Shown here: positions 51,526 to 63,890 of the stretch, one piece after another
How positions within the stretch are numbered: the first letter of the stretch is position 1
Layout: each line of letters starts with the position of its first letter
Origin: Octopus bimaculoides
Taxonomy: Eukaryota
Assembly: GCF_001194135.2 (NCBI RefSeq)
Contig: NC_068983.1
Coordinates: forward strand, 138,549,285 to 138,613,284
Reading direction: 5' to 3'
DNA: 64,000 nt
Notes under the pieces: model-generated
What the model was told of the DNA's origin: nothing
Database searches by the model: none
What the model saw: only the letters and a program-made list of their open reading frames with translations
Translations under genes and position numbers: made by a program

Positions 51526-53061
51526 AGACGCAATGTCATAATAACAATCATCTTTGAGAAATGTGCCCTGTCAATATGCTGATAATCGATATATCGCTGG
51601 CATTGATATCAACTTCATAGAGCTAACATAGATGAGTACGACTACAGATATGTCTTACATTTATACATATAAATTTTTTGGCACAATTTTAAGTTCGGTT
51701 TTGGAGTAGAGGGTAAAATGTCAGTTGTGTTTGTGCCAATTTAAATCCCAGGTAAATTATTATCGGAAAAAAATATGTTCAAAGGCATTTCAATCCTGAT
51801 CGGCCTTTCTGTTCTGTATAAAATGGATTTCTATTTAAAGAGTTGTTCATTTTCGACAGAGTGTAGTAGTGTTAACTGAGAATGATTTGGTTACTATTTC
51901 TTGCACAACTGTTGACTCGTTGGTTTTTTTCTGTTAGTAACCGTTATATTCTATGTAATACATATGTTATAACTTTGGGTTCCATTAAATTTAGTAATAT
52001 GGAATCCAGATAACCAAAATTATCCATTGCTCTGCAGTGCTCACCAGTACGAGCCAAAGAGTACAGTGAATTTTTTGACATTGCGTTTCATCTCATAAAA
52101 TAAAAAAAATCCAGAGACAGTCGTTTCTAAAGACATCTGGGGTATAAAATAGCGTAGCTTCGAATAAAAATCAAGAATAAGTGCCGTACCAAGAAGTGCA
52201 CAAATTCTAAAAATAAAAAAAGAATTATTAGTTTGATTACAAATTAATGTTATGTATTCATCTTTTGGGAGAGACTATATAATATATTATTCCTTAACGA
52301 CGTAAGGACATTTACGGGGTACAATTAATTGACATGAAACACTAACTTAAACTTAATATCGCGTTATGCTTAATAATATTGCTTTCACCTAGAATAGACA
52401 TAAACGTTAAATAAAGTGTTACAACATATGAGTAGTGTCTTTTTTCTGAAGCAAATTTGCTTCAGCTGAATGTTAAAATAGCTTTGCAGAATCCATGGCG
52501 CTCACTCCATATTTTCACAATTACATTTATTATTTTCCATAACAATCAGTTTTCATTTTTTTATTTTTATTTTAACATCTATTTCAGTTTTTCAAGATAG
52601 TAATCATTTCTTGATCATTTTACCCCAATTTCGGAAACAAATGATTAACGATAGTCTTCAATTCGACTGTAAAAACTGTTTGTACAATGCTTCAATTATA
52701 TTCATTATCATCGACAGATTATTTTATTTCCTTTAATAATATCCTTTCACGTATTTTTCAGAATGTGACTTTCCTCTTTTCTTTATCTCTAATTGCTTAG
52801 ATAGGAAGTAAAGTATTTGTAACCTCGTCCAAATTATGTGACTCTAGAAACTGATTAAATCTGTTCACACAACTGTTAGTAATTGATATTTTATTTTCTT
52901 TACATTTCGTTCACATTTTTACAACTTTGTTTCGATAAAACAATTTATTGTAGATTAGAGGTAAACTTCCTTTGTTAGACAGTCAGCTAACGAACGAATG
53001 GATTAATAGAAACCAGGTTCCCAATTTGGCAGTTTATCTTGTCACCAGAAATAAACTTTAC

Positions 53062-53203
53062 CCAGGCCCAAGATGTTTCATTCCCAAAACCCCTTGTTAA
53101 GCGAACTGAGACATTTGCATTTGGATTGAAGGAATTCAACACTCTAATCATTGCCTTCACTTTAAATTTCACGAATGTTTCGCAAATTTGCAGAGTTACT
53201 ATC
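53062..53203 (-). CDS. Candidate 142-nt internal exon (unknown gene)
   Basis: Acceptor atatttatag|G, donor TGG|gtaaag; open frame IVTLQICETFVKFKVKAMIRVLNSFNPNANVSVRLTRGFGNETSWAW; GC above the flanks. Confidence 0.33.
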
Positions 53204-54051
53204 CTATAAATATATCAGGACGAGGTTTTTGCTAGCAATGATATATACGTATATCATTTGGCTCATGATATATATATATAATTGAATAAGTTGGAGTCTC
53301 CACGGAATATTATTCTCCAAATTCGCAGGTATTTAGTTATGTAACTGTTTCGCTGCAATATGAGCTTGAATATGGATACAGATGTTTATGTGTGTATGCG
53401 TATGTATATATGAATTTGTATGTGTGCGTACATGAGTGTATGCATGTAAAGTTTTGGGGCATATAATCAGGTACGTATGCATTTGTTTATAGATGAGAGC
53501 ATGTATGTGTATATAAGGGTATCTATATACGTAGATCTATGTAGACTGATGTATATGTAGATATAAGTTCGTCATTTGAATGACCGGTGAATTCTTGAAA
53601 TCAATCAACGGCAATTACAAGCGTAACCGACCATGAAAAATGAATTAACAGTGCAAAGAAACAGACTGATATTCCCTTTAATATGACCCGCAATAATTAC
53701 CATCCATAGCATAACCATTCTCCCTATACATTTGAAGCAACTTCTCAACAAGCTTTCAACCACAAAATACATTTTGGAATACTGAGTTGTTAATATTTCG
53801 TCGCATAGCTACGACAGACAGAATGGATGCGGTTGAAGCCGAACATTTGAATTTATGCGACAGGCGAAATATATATCACCTTATCATATGCAACAAATCT
53901 CATAATGCAGGGAAACGGCTACATAACAAAATACCTGCGAACCTGGAGAAATACGTTGCTTGTAAACAATTCAAATGATTACAAATAAATGTTCCTCTGT
54001 ACTCCTTCTTGTTCACTCCAACTTATTCAATTATCCATTCACACACCACAG

Positions 54052-54758
54052 AAGGCCAACGCAAATCTGGTAGTAGGTATAATATTACTGTTGGTTAGCA
54101 CTGGGTGAAATCTAAAGGTAGACAACCTTTATACTGTACTCTACTACGTTCTTAACCGAATATTACCGACCTATGTATGTATATATAAATTTAAAGCGAA
54201 TTTCGCTGGGGCGGTTCAGAGTCACTTGGAACTTTGGAGCTATAGATTATTTCGCTTTATAATTTCAATATTAAATATCGGGAATTACGTATCCTATTGC
54301 GCATCCAACCAATTATATTTGAGAAGCTACTAGCTACGAAACGACGAAAAGTAGTCAATGCTAAGATAAAGAGTGTTATATGAGTATTCCTATGCATTTC
54401 GTCTGCCATTCTAAGATTCTTACTACTAGCAATCTTCAAAAGATAATATATATTTAAAAAAAAGTTCCCAGCATGTAGCTATTTTAGAAATGGTTACAAA
54501 AGCAAAATCACGATAAGCTACAGCACCATCTTAGCTGGCATTTGACGTTTTCACCAATATCCAGAATGCAATAATAATTTTATTGTAGTTTTGTAGTTGG
54601 TATCAGTCTTTATGGGGTTGACACGTAAATACTAATAACATAATAATCAATGTTCTCTACAAAAAAGCATAGAATGTTATAGTTTTAAGGATATACAGAG
54701 ACGCAAATGCACACGTGAGAACCATATATACTGACACGCACACACACGCACACACACA

Positions 54759-54800
<42 letters not shown>

Positions 54801-56639
54801 TAAACAGACTTCCTCGGACAGGCACAGAAAACATACACACACATGTAGTAGACCTCTGACTACAAGTGTTCCAGGTGTCTGATTACTGAAGAACCTACTC
54901 ATTAAATTAGAATGTTAACGGCTGATAATTTTACAAACACGCGTGTTTAACGTAATTGTTTGGGGGAATGAGAATGATAGTATACGACTATGTCTTGTAG
55001 TTTCAGTCACGTGTGCTGTCCATACAACATACTTCTAAACATTTTTCGCTTATGAGTTATTTTTTATTTAGAAGACTTGTACCAACTCGATACTATGGTA
55101 AGAGACATATTAAAACTAAACTTCGCCCACAGACACGCACAAGTATACATACATTCTCTGTGTATAATTAATGTGTAATGTCACCGCACTGCTTCTTGTT
55201 TGCTTGTTAAAGTTATGTCTCTAGCTTTTCTAGAGAAATTATAAGCACTACCGATTGCAAACAACAATGAGATCGAAGTTGAAAAATTGGTAATGGGCGT
55301 ATATGATATATTTGAAGAGGTTTTGCTCCTTATTCAGCACTCATCTAATCCATTAATCATCCACGAACTCATTGCTTAAATAGCCACTAAATATAGCGGT
55401 GGAACGTTATTGGATATACAAATTTAACATATTAAGCACATTTGTAAGATAATCATTGCTGGCTATAATTTCTATAGAAAATCTGTAGAGATAACTTTAA
55501 CAAGTGAAGTAATAGCGCCGCTAACAAATTAGAACACTTAGAAAAATGTTTGTTGCATGTTATGGTGGTATAAAGAAATACCATGTCCCTACAAGTCATA
55601 AGTATCTACGTACCGGCTTCCAGGAATATATTTAATACATAAAATTGGGACATCCAATAACGTAACACCGCTATATTTAGTGGTTATTTAGGGTTCATGT
55701 TTGAGTAATGGATTGGATGGATGCTGATGAAGGATCAACAACTCCTCAAAATGTGTCATATCTTCGATTTCGTTGTTGTTTACGTCAGGCGTCTCGGATA
55801 CGAAACGCTATAACAAAATCAATGCTGGCTGTATTTTTTACAGAAAATACAGTGTGCCGCAGAAGTAAGGCCCTTTTGTATTTTCTAGTTTCTAAAGTTG
55901 TTGCTTTTGTATTTCCTAAAACTCCTGCGGTTTTTTCATTAGGTTATTAATCGTTTCTTTAAATAATGCAATAAATATGTGTTCAATAAAAAAATTAATT
56001 AATAAACATTTATATACTATAAAAGTCATTAAATGCAAAAATGGCGTTAAGTCTGCCGCACCCTGTATACAGAAATAACTTGAACATGTGATGTAACAGC
56101 ACTGCTAACATAGTGGAACACGGTACTCATAAAAACGTTTCATATTTTGTAGCCTATCATGGTTACATAACGAAATATCGTGTCCCAACAAATCATTAAC
56201 TGCTTTTTTAATATTTCGAAAAGTAATGTAGGATAAATCTTGTGATAAACTTAGAATTTTGATCACGGTGCAAAAAATTATAAAAAGGGATAAGCCACAG
56301 ATTATTACCTCTTCACTTAGCAAAATTCCGCCGAAATCGACTTTGACATTTATCCTTTGGGAATTAATAAAATAAGTACCAGTTAAATACTGGGGTTGTG
56401 TAATTGACTATTCCCCTCCCCTAAAACTGTGTTGGAATTTGAAACCAGTATCTCTTCATTCAAGAGTAAAAAGGAATTTACTGAAATAAGTTTGCAGTCT
56501 TCTTAGACAATCATTGGAAAGAAAATTATTTTCTCCTAATGAGATTATCGCATTTGATAGAGTACACAAACGTGGGTATTACTGCGCTGGCACTGATAAT
56601 ATGCATAACTGTACGTGCTTTGACAACGCCAGGCATTAA
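54052..56639 (+). CDS. Candidate chain of short exons: 54052-54069, 54597-54624, 55072-55097, 55789-55864, 56153-56222, 56561-56639
   Basis: GT-AG sites for each; 55072 (ttttatttag|..ATG|gtaaga) and 55789 (gtttacgtcag|..GAA|gtaagg) are the strongest; the joined sequence has an open frame. Confidence 0.35.
56328..56450 (+). mobile_element. Family A SINE, 3' fragment
   Basis: aattccgccgaaatcgactttgacatttatcctttggg..aagtaccagtt..ctgggg. Confidence 0.75.
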
Positions 56640-56821
56640 TTAATTAAGAATGAACTTTCCTCGGCACCTCAACACAAGCTTCAATCAAAGAACTGTATGA
56701 CTGAGAGTAGCATATCTTGAAGTTCTAAAATTGGTACGACCAATCCTTCTCCAACGTCAACAAATACGATTTTTCTGGAGAGAAAGAAGACGAAATAGGA
56801 GAAAAAGAAAGTACAAACACG

Positions 56822-56862
56822 TTGACGACGACGACGACTTCGACGACGATGCTGGTGGTGGC

Positions 56863-56916
<54 letters not shown>

Positions 56917-57000
56917 ACCGATGATGCTGATGATGCTGATGATGACGACGACGACGACGATGACGATAAAGATGATAATGAAGATGAAATGGAAGATGAA
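56822..57000. repeat. (GAT/GAC)n degenerate microsatellite
   Basis: Explains the poly-D and poly-M ORFs. Confidence 0.9.
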
Positions 57001-57315
57001 ATCCTGACCTAAGACTGGTTCTTCATTTTTCAACGCCAAGTGGATGAAATCCTTGCAGGTTTTAAACTCGGGTGCAGAGATGAGAATGAAGCAGAATCCT
57101 TTGTACTTTAATTTAGAATAGCTCTGAACTATAAAGGAAGGCTTTTCACTTTGCGAGGACTGATAATGAGCGAACGATTTGATATTCTTAAAGTTCTTTT
57201 AGGCATTTATAAGAAAAAGAATACTTGGGTTATGTAAAACGGTATCATTCATCATTAGTTGCAATAATGAATGAAATATATAAAGCTATTAAAAACATTC
57301 CAATATGATTCATGT

Positions 57316-57750
57316 TAAGGTGGCGAGCTGGCAGAAACGTCAGCACGCCGGACGAAATGCTTAGCGGTATTTCGTCTGTCTATATGTTCTGAGTTCAAAT
57401 TCCGGCGAGGTCGACTTTGCCTTTCATCCTTTCGGAGTCGATAAATTAAGTACCAGTTACGCACTGGGGTCGATGTAATCAACTTCATTCCTTTGCCTGT
57501 CCTTGTTTGTCACCTCTATGTTAAGCCCCTTGTGGGCAATAAAGAAATAAGAAACATTAGCACACCGGGCGGAATGCTTAGCGGTATTTCATCTGCCTTC
57601 ACGTCCTGAGTTCAAATTCCACCAAGGTCGACTTTGCCATTCATCCTTTCCATTATCTCCAGCTTTATGTTAACAACCGCTGGGAACCTGACCTCCACAT
57701 CTCTACACCTCCTCCTAAATTTTTGGGCCATGTGCCTAGAGTAGAAAAAA
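57316..57750 (+). mobile_element. Dimeric family A SINE; first unit ends in ..agccccttgtgggcaataaagaaataa
   Basis: Unit 1 57316-57550; unit 2 restarts at gaaacattagcacaccgggcgg.. and ends gtgcctagagtagaaaaa. Confidence 0.92.
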
Positions 57751-59016
57751 ATATGATTCATGATGTCACGAATATATATCACTGTATATTTAAGAATGTC
57801 TAAGCGTAAAATATGTGTGCAAGTTTTGTTGATTATACGTAATCACCAATACATATGTATACACTGGTATATACATACATGTGTATGTATGCGAGTACGT
57901 GTGTGTGTGTGTGTGTGAGGGAGAGAGGAACAGCGAGAAAGAGTGTGTGTGTGTGTGTGTGTGCAAGTATGTAGGTGTTTAACACATACATACATACGTA
58001 ATATGCATGCCATTTATCTGGTGAAAAACCTATTCAAAATGCGGCAAATATATGTACACTAGAAAAACCTGGAGTAATGGAATATCTAACAAATCCCAGA
58101 TCAACGTATAACAGACCACGACGATGCAAACAGAACTACAAACACACATGCATGCATGTATACATACAAACACACACAAACACATGCATACATATATACA
58201 TACGTACATACATACATACATACATACATACGTACNNNNNNNNNNNNNNNNNNNNNNNNNNNNNNNNNNNNNNNNNNNNNNNNNNNNNNNNNNNNNNNNN
58301 NNNNNNNNNNNNNNNNNNNNNNNNNNNNNNNNNNNNNNNNNNNNNNNNNNNNNNNNNNNNNNNNNNNNNNNNNNNNNNNNNNNNNNNNNNNNNNNNNNNN
58401 NNNNNNNNNNNNNNNNNNNNNNNNNNNNNNNNNNNNNNNNNNNNNNNNNNNNNNNNNNNNNNNNNNNNNNNNNNNNNNNNNNNNNNNNNNNNNNNNNNNN
58501 NNNNNNNNNNNNNNNNNNNNNNNNNNNNNNNNNNNNNNNNNNNNNNNNNNNNNNNNNNNNNNNNNNNNNNNNNNNNNNNNNNNNNNNNNNNNNNNNNNNN
58601 NNNNNNNNNNNNNNNNNNNNNNNNNNNNNNNNNNNNNNNNNNNNNNNNNNNNNNNNNNNNNNNNNNNNNNNNNNNTATATATATATATATATATGAGAAT
58701 AGAGTCATGAAACAAAAAATACAATTCTACATACATACATACATACATGCATACATACATACGTACATACATACATCTATACGTACATACATACATACAT
58801 ACATACATACGTACATAATACATACATACGTACGTACGTACATACATACATATATACATACACACATACATAAATACTTACATACAACAATACCTCGCTG
58901 ATGTTAAAACTCCAATGAAGGAGTCTTGGATCTAGGTTAGAAACCGACTCTGTCTCTATTAGTATGAAATCTTGAAATAAAACTAAATAAGGACATATCT
59001 ACGTGCACACACACAC

Positions 59017-59067
<51 letters not shown>

Positions 59068-59849
59068 NNNNNNNNNNCTTCAGAAATTTATCTCACACAC
59101 ACACACACACACAACCATCCTGTATACATTTTTTTTATTAAACCAATAACTAATCTTTCAGAAGAATTTTGAAAGGAAATGTCCTGAAGTTTCCATTACA
59201 AGAACGAAAATATAATTATGCAATTAAACTTAAAAGTCAGTAAAATGTATTATACTAATAATTCAGTTACAACAAATAAATTTCCCTGAACAGTCCTAAA
59301 TATGCCCAATTAGTAAATACATATAAAGTTTAAAGCCAGGAAACTTATTCCTCCAATTGTAGTTCCAGCAAATTTGTGAGGTCCTCAATATTATTATTCA
59401 TTAATTAACCTAAGTGCAGAATGAATGTAATGTAAATGAGTACACCTGCAGGACAATGATAAATATATTTTAGTGCGTAGGACGTTTATATAGATATGTA
59501 TTCCTCTCGTCATACATTTATAAAGATATGAGCGACATATATCGCCTACGGCAGGTATATGTGTTTTTTAAAGACCGAATTAGAAATTAACGTTTTTTTT
59601 TTTTTATGTAAGCAAGGATATTATCTCTGTATATGTGTCTAAAGAGAGGTGGTGAAAACATTGGAAGTGCAGTGATGTGAACCGATATGAACGGCTATGA
59701 ACTCATCTCTCTCGGTTACTTCAATGTAGCTGATTGAGACGGAGCGATAAAGAACGAGAGATGGAGAGAGAGAGAGAGAGATAGAGAGCGAGAGAAGGAG
59801 AAAGAGAGAAAGAGAGCGAGAGATAGATGGAGAAGAGAAAGAGATAAAT

Positions 59850-59897
<48 letters not shown>

Positions 59898-60008
59898 NNN
59901 NNNNNNNNNNNNNNNNNNNNNNNNNNNNNNNNNNNNNNNNNNNNNNNNNNNNNNNNNNNNNNNNNNNNNNNNNNNNNNNNNNNNNNNNNNNNNNNNNNNN
60001 NNNNNNNN

Positions 60009-60041
<33 letters not shown>

Positions 60042-60715
60042 ATCAAGCCGTAAGGCTATGAGAGAAAGTTGGCCTCGATGAGGTTTCAGGTCCGAGTGCA
60101 GAAAACCTGAAAAATGGAGGAAAAGCATTCTATCCAGCACTGTAAGACCCTGAGTTTATGCTGGCTTAACATTCATTATGAGGGAATTGATATGAGTTAT
60201 AGTACCTCCACCAATTTCCCTAAGCGAACGTTGTACGTACTTGCACGGAACATGGCATTAACAATGGTTAATTGATTTACGCCTAAAAACGAGCTTACAT
60301 ATCTTTATTTGTCTTCCATGGGACCACCCCTACTAAGCTTATTTATCATTAACAATTCAGTAACATAAATTTTATCACCTTTCTCTAAAAAAAAAAAATA
60401 CTTTACGATTTCTTCTGGTTTTTGGAAATAATGTTTCTCAAATTTTCTTCTTTAGCACTTCCTTGTAGGATATTCATGTCATTTGAGCCTGTAGGATTGT
60501 CGCACTATATAAACCTGTCTGATTACTAGACTTTCTGAGCATGAAACTACACGTAGTTCACATAAAACTTATGAATTCATTCGATGACATATATCACTAA
60601 TTGAGTACTTTTTGCTGGTCCTATCAACAGATACAGATACACACAGACAGACACACACACACATACACACACACACACAGACAGACAGACACAGACATAC
60701 ACAGACAGACAGACA

Positions 60716-60756
<41 letters not shown>

Positions 60757-60865
60757 ACACGCACAAACAGAAGCACACCCAATAATATATATATGATAAT
60801 AATAATAATGAGGATGAACAGCTGACACCGTAGTACGTCTCCAGCGTTAGAAGCTGTGCAAAGGC

Positions 60866-60891
60866 AATAATAATAATAATAATAAAAATAA

Positions 60892-60963
<72 letters not shown>
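60866..60963. repeat. (TAA)n microsatellite
   Basis: Direct reading; abuts an R4/Dong fragment. Confidence 0.98.
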
Positions 60964-60965
<2 letters not shown>

Positions 60966-61365
60966 AAAAGAAATAAAGGTAGTAGATGCTGCAATACCAG
61001 GCGATTCGAGGGTGAAAGGTAAGGAAATAGAAATGATTGAAAAATAGCAACCACTGCGAGACGAAATAGGAAAGTTATGGGGCATGATGAAAATAATGGT
61101 GATACCGGTAGTAATTGAAATATTAGAATCAGTTTCCAAGGGATTTGAAAAACATATTAAGAATACTGGAGCTGCTCGCAGCTTCGAAGTGATCCAGAAA
61201 ACAGCATTGCTGAGTACGTTTCGCATACTAAGGAGAGTATTGTCTCTTTGTGTCAGGTGAGAAGGCACTAGTTGAAACAATTGGTGATTTTTTATTGCCT
61301 ACTTTCAAGTAAAGAATAATCGGTAATTAACAACTGTCAGAGAGTCTTTCAAAAATAATAATAAT
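60961..61365 (+). mobile_element. 5'-truncated R4/Dong element between TAA repeats
   Basis: EIKVVDAAIPGDSRVKGKEIEMIEK*QPLRDEIGKLWG..VIPVVI..IQKTALLSTFRILRRVL, then a 3' region ending aataataataat. Confidence 0.88.
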
Positions 61366-61374
61366 GAAAATCAG

Positions 61375-61895
61375 GAATAGTTGGGCACTTACGGAAGACA
61401 ATACATGTTGGAGCTGCTAGAATATTTTAACTAGAGCTTGACAATTGAAGATACGACCTCAGTCATTTGGTTGTGCAGGCTGGCAATGGCATTACTCCAT
61501 CGCCAACAAATATTGTGCGACAAGAGGAACAACAACAATGGTCAAGAAGGAAGGCGGGAAAATAGATATATATATATATACAATCCTTTTAAGTACGAAA
61601 TAGCCCGGCTATGGAAAATAAAGAATGTGAAGATAGTGTTAATTATTGTTGGGTCCTTGGGGACAGTATCAGAAGGCGTCAAGGGAATATAAAGAAATCG
61701 GAATAGAGTGCCCAGTAGAATTATTATTACAAATCTTTTGCCTCCTTAGCACGACCAGAATAATCAGGAAAGTATTAGATAATTGAAAAGAACAGACAGC
61801 ATGGAACCGTAGGCTGCAGGCAGCAAACCCGCTACGCAGCCAAGAATACAATAGTTCCAGCAAAACTTGAGTTAAAAAGAATAATAATAATAGAT
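61375..61895 (+). mobile_element. Two further R4/Dong C-terminal pieces, ending in TAA repeats
   Basis: GHLRKTIHVGAARIF plus a 3' region, then YEIARLWKIKNVKIVLIIVGSLGTVS..TTRIIRKVLD*, then ..aagaataataataata. Confidence 0.75.
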
Positions 61896-62194
61896 GTAAA
61901 GGACCCGCAAACCCATCCCGAATCTTCCCGAGGAGAGATCGCTTCTCGTCTATTCTGAGTTTATACTATGATGAGAATATGACGACCATTCATGGATTCA
62001 CATCTATTCTGATCTCGGTAATCAACACTTTGGTATTTCTCCACCTCTATCCTTGGGTACAAATATTCGGAGATGAAATATAATTGAGAGTACCATTAGC
62101 CTTAATCCTCTCTATGGCGGGAATTCCACCAAATGATTAGCACATTGATTCTTTTCGTTATGGTTAAAGGGATGTTAAAACCTTTATATTTCAG

Positions 62195-62362
62195 GCGCAA
62201 AGACCCACCATTAAAAAAAAAAAAAAAATTAAAAAAAACTCTTAGCCACGGGCAAAGCACTTATCTATTGACTGATAAGGGAGACAACCTCCCTACAGCA
62301 AGCGAGAGTGTCGATGATTTCGGATTGAATTATCCCTCATCAGTAATACTCCTTAGCCTCGG
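62195..62362 (+). CDS. Candidate 168-nt symmetric exon
   Basis: ctttatatttcag|G ... CGG|gtaagc; open frame RKDPPLKKKKKLKKTLSHGQSTYLLTDKGDNLPTASESVDDFGLNYPSSVILLSL; the internal poly-A run is atypical. Confidence 0.22.
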
Positions 62363-63300
62363 GTAAGCTGAACTAGCCTTGTCAGTTTATAGAAAATATC
62401 ATAGGAATCAGTGGCAGGTTCAGTAAAATGGTAAAGTGAAAATAGTAAATTATTAAGTGGCTAGTCGAAATCTAAAAGCACAAAGGCGTAAGTACAATCG
62501 TCACTCAATTGACTAAGGGAGCACGTCAGCACCAGCATGGCTAGAAATAAGAATCAAAACAACTCGTACCCACGCGCATAGCACTTATCTATTGACTAGC
62601 AGTTCTAGCCCTAACACTAACACTAACAGACGCAAACATACAGCCAAACTTATAATCATATTGTTCTTAAGTCTGTATGCTTGCATTTGAGGTGGTGGCT
62701 TTACAGTTAGCTGAGCTTCATATGCCTGTCCAAGTGGGTTGAAGCAAAGCTAAATCTCCTCTTGTCAAGAGTTCAAGATAAACCTACCTCCTTGCAGAAG
62801 ATACATATGAAAGCAGGAACATCAAACATCCTCATTCACCAAATGTTATATATCAGTTATATATCAGGGGTGGATTAAAGTACTGAAAGTGTAGCAACGC
62901 CAGCGGCGATACTCCAGCATGATCGCATCTCTGACGCTGATATTACTAAAAGAGTAAACGAGTATATGAACTTTTGCAAGCAATAGGAATGACGTTAGCT
63001 TAGAAACAATTTGCGTCAGTAATTATTACGTTGTGCTAAATAATAGCGTTTAGCTTAGTAGTAAGGTAAATACAAGAAGACTGAGAAACAAGCTACCAAA
63101 TATTTCGAGATAATAAAAATGACGTCTGTTTATTGTTTACTGAGCACAGTGAGTCAAATCTGTGGCGTCGTTGCTAAGCTGTCTAGACTGAATATTGCAG
63201 ATCAGAATAATATGAGAGCGAAAGAATAAGAGAAGAAAGAATATTTTTACTAAAATTATTAATCTTCAGCTTTTAATTATGTTCACTGGGCATGTAGTAT

Positions 63301-63345
<45 letters not shown>

Positions 63346-63458
63346 AAATTAACAAAAATACAAAAGAAGAAGGGTGTGTAAACAATAAACCTGTATTAGT
63401 TTAACGCTCGCGAAGTGAGATACACACACACGCACACACACAACCACATATATATGTG

Positions 63459-63507
<49 letters not shown>

Positions 63508-63525
63508 ATGTATATATACATATTT

Positions 63526-63890
63526 CAGTAATTTCTTTTGGAACCAATCTAGCATAGACTCTATGAAAGGTAAGCTTGTCGATGATGATTTCACATTCAA
63601 ATCCATGACTAATTTGCAGAGAACATAGCACCTCATGGTTACTAGTCGGTTCGCCAGAACCGTCTTTCAAGCTTGTGAAGTCTTTACCTCAGTGACAAAT
63701 GTTGATGGACGTCCTGCATTCTTTTCGTGCTTCACGCTTATCCGGCTAGTTTTAATGTTCTCGATACATTCCACGCAGGAATGTATCCTGCACTGCACTT
63801 AAATCGTGCGATAAATTTCAGCCTCTGACAGGCTTTCAGAGGAGACAAATCAGATCGCTGATCTATTATTCTCCGGCAAACACTGCCAGT
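63526..63890 (-). mobile_element. mariner transposase N-terminal (HTH) remnant
   Basis: Reverse complement RSAI..SEAEIYR, SVKHEKNAGRPST, NRLVT, LQISHG..IIDKLTFHRVYARLVPK (cf. RSGRP, RRVT, ISHGS..LGF.KV.ARWVP). Confidence 0.82.

Larger units (their letters stand above)
1662..60008. other. Eleven assembly gaps (1662-2019, 3841-3992, 6208-6279, 10291-10300, 12558-12778, 21060-21186, 38478-39070, 39610-39968, 58236-58675, 59068-59077, 59898-60008)
   Basis: N runs, nearly all adjoining TA, CA or GA arrays. Confidence 0.99.

Noticed and set aside
53787-53990. ORF ending GKRLHNKIPANL..FK, like a LINE C-terminus
   Set aside because: Single weak motif; not enough to call either a gene or an element.
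56731-57012. Basic-then-acidic ORF (RRRNRRKRK..poly-D)
   Set aside because: Explained by a GAT/GAC microsatellite and a purine-rich flank; no splice or start support.
59639-59731. Minus-strand segment YIEVTERDEFIAVHIGSHHCTSNVFTTSL* after a pyrimidine tract
   Set aside because: The pyrimidine tract is largely a CT microsatellite and there is no other support.
60040-60140. Kinase-like GFLHSDLKP after a strong acceptor on the minus strand
   Set aside because: No donor before the (CT)n run and no catalytic-loop Asn; the plus strand reads KVGLDEV..AENLKNGG, like a LINE RT fragment.
5833-60828. Many listed ORFs rich in YI, HT, CV, RE, poly-Y/I/N/S/M or X
   Set aside because: Translations of microsatellites and N-gaps.
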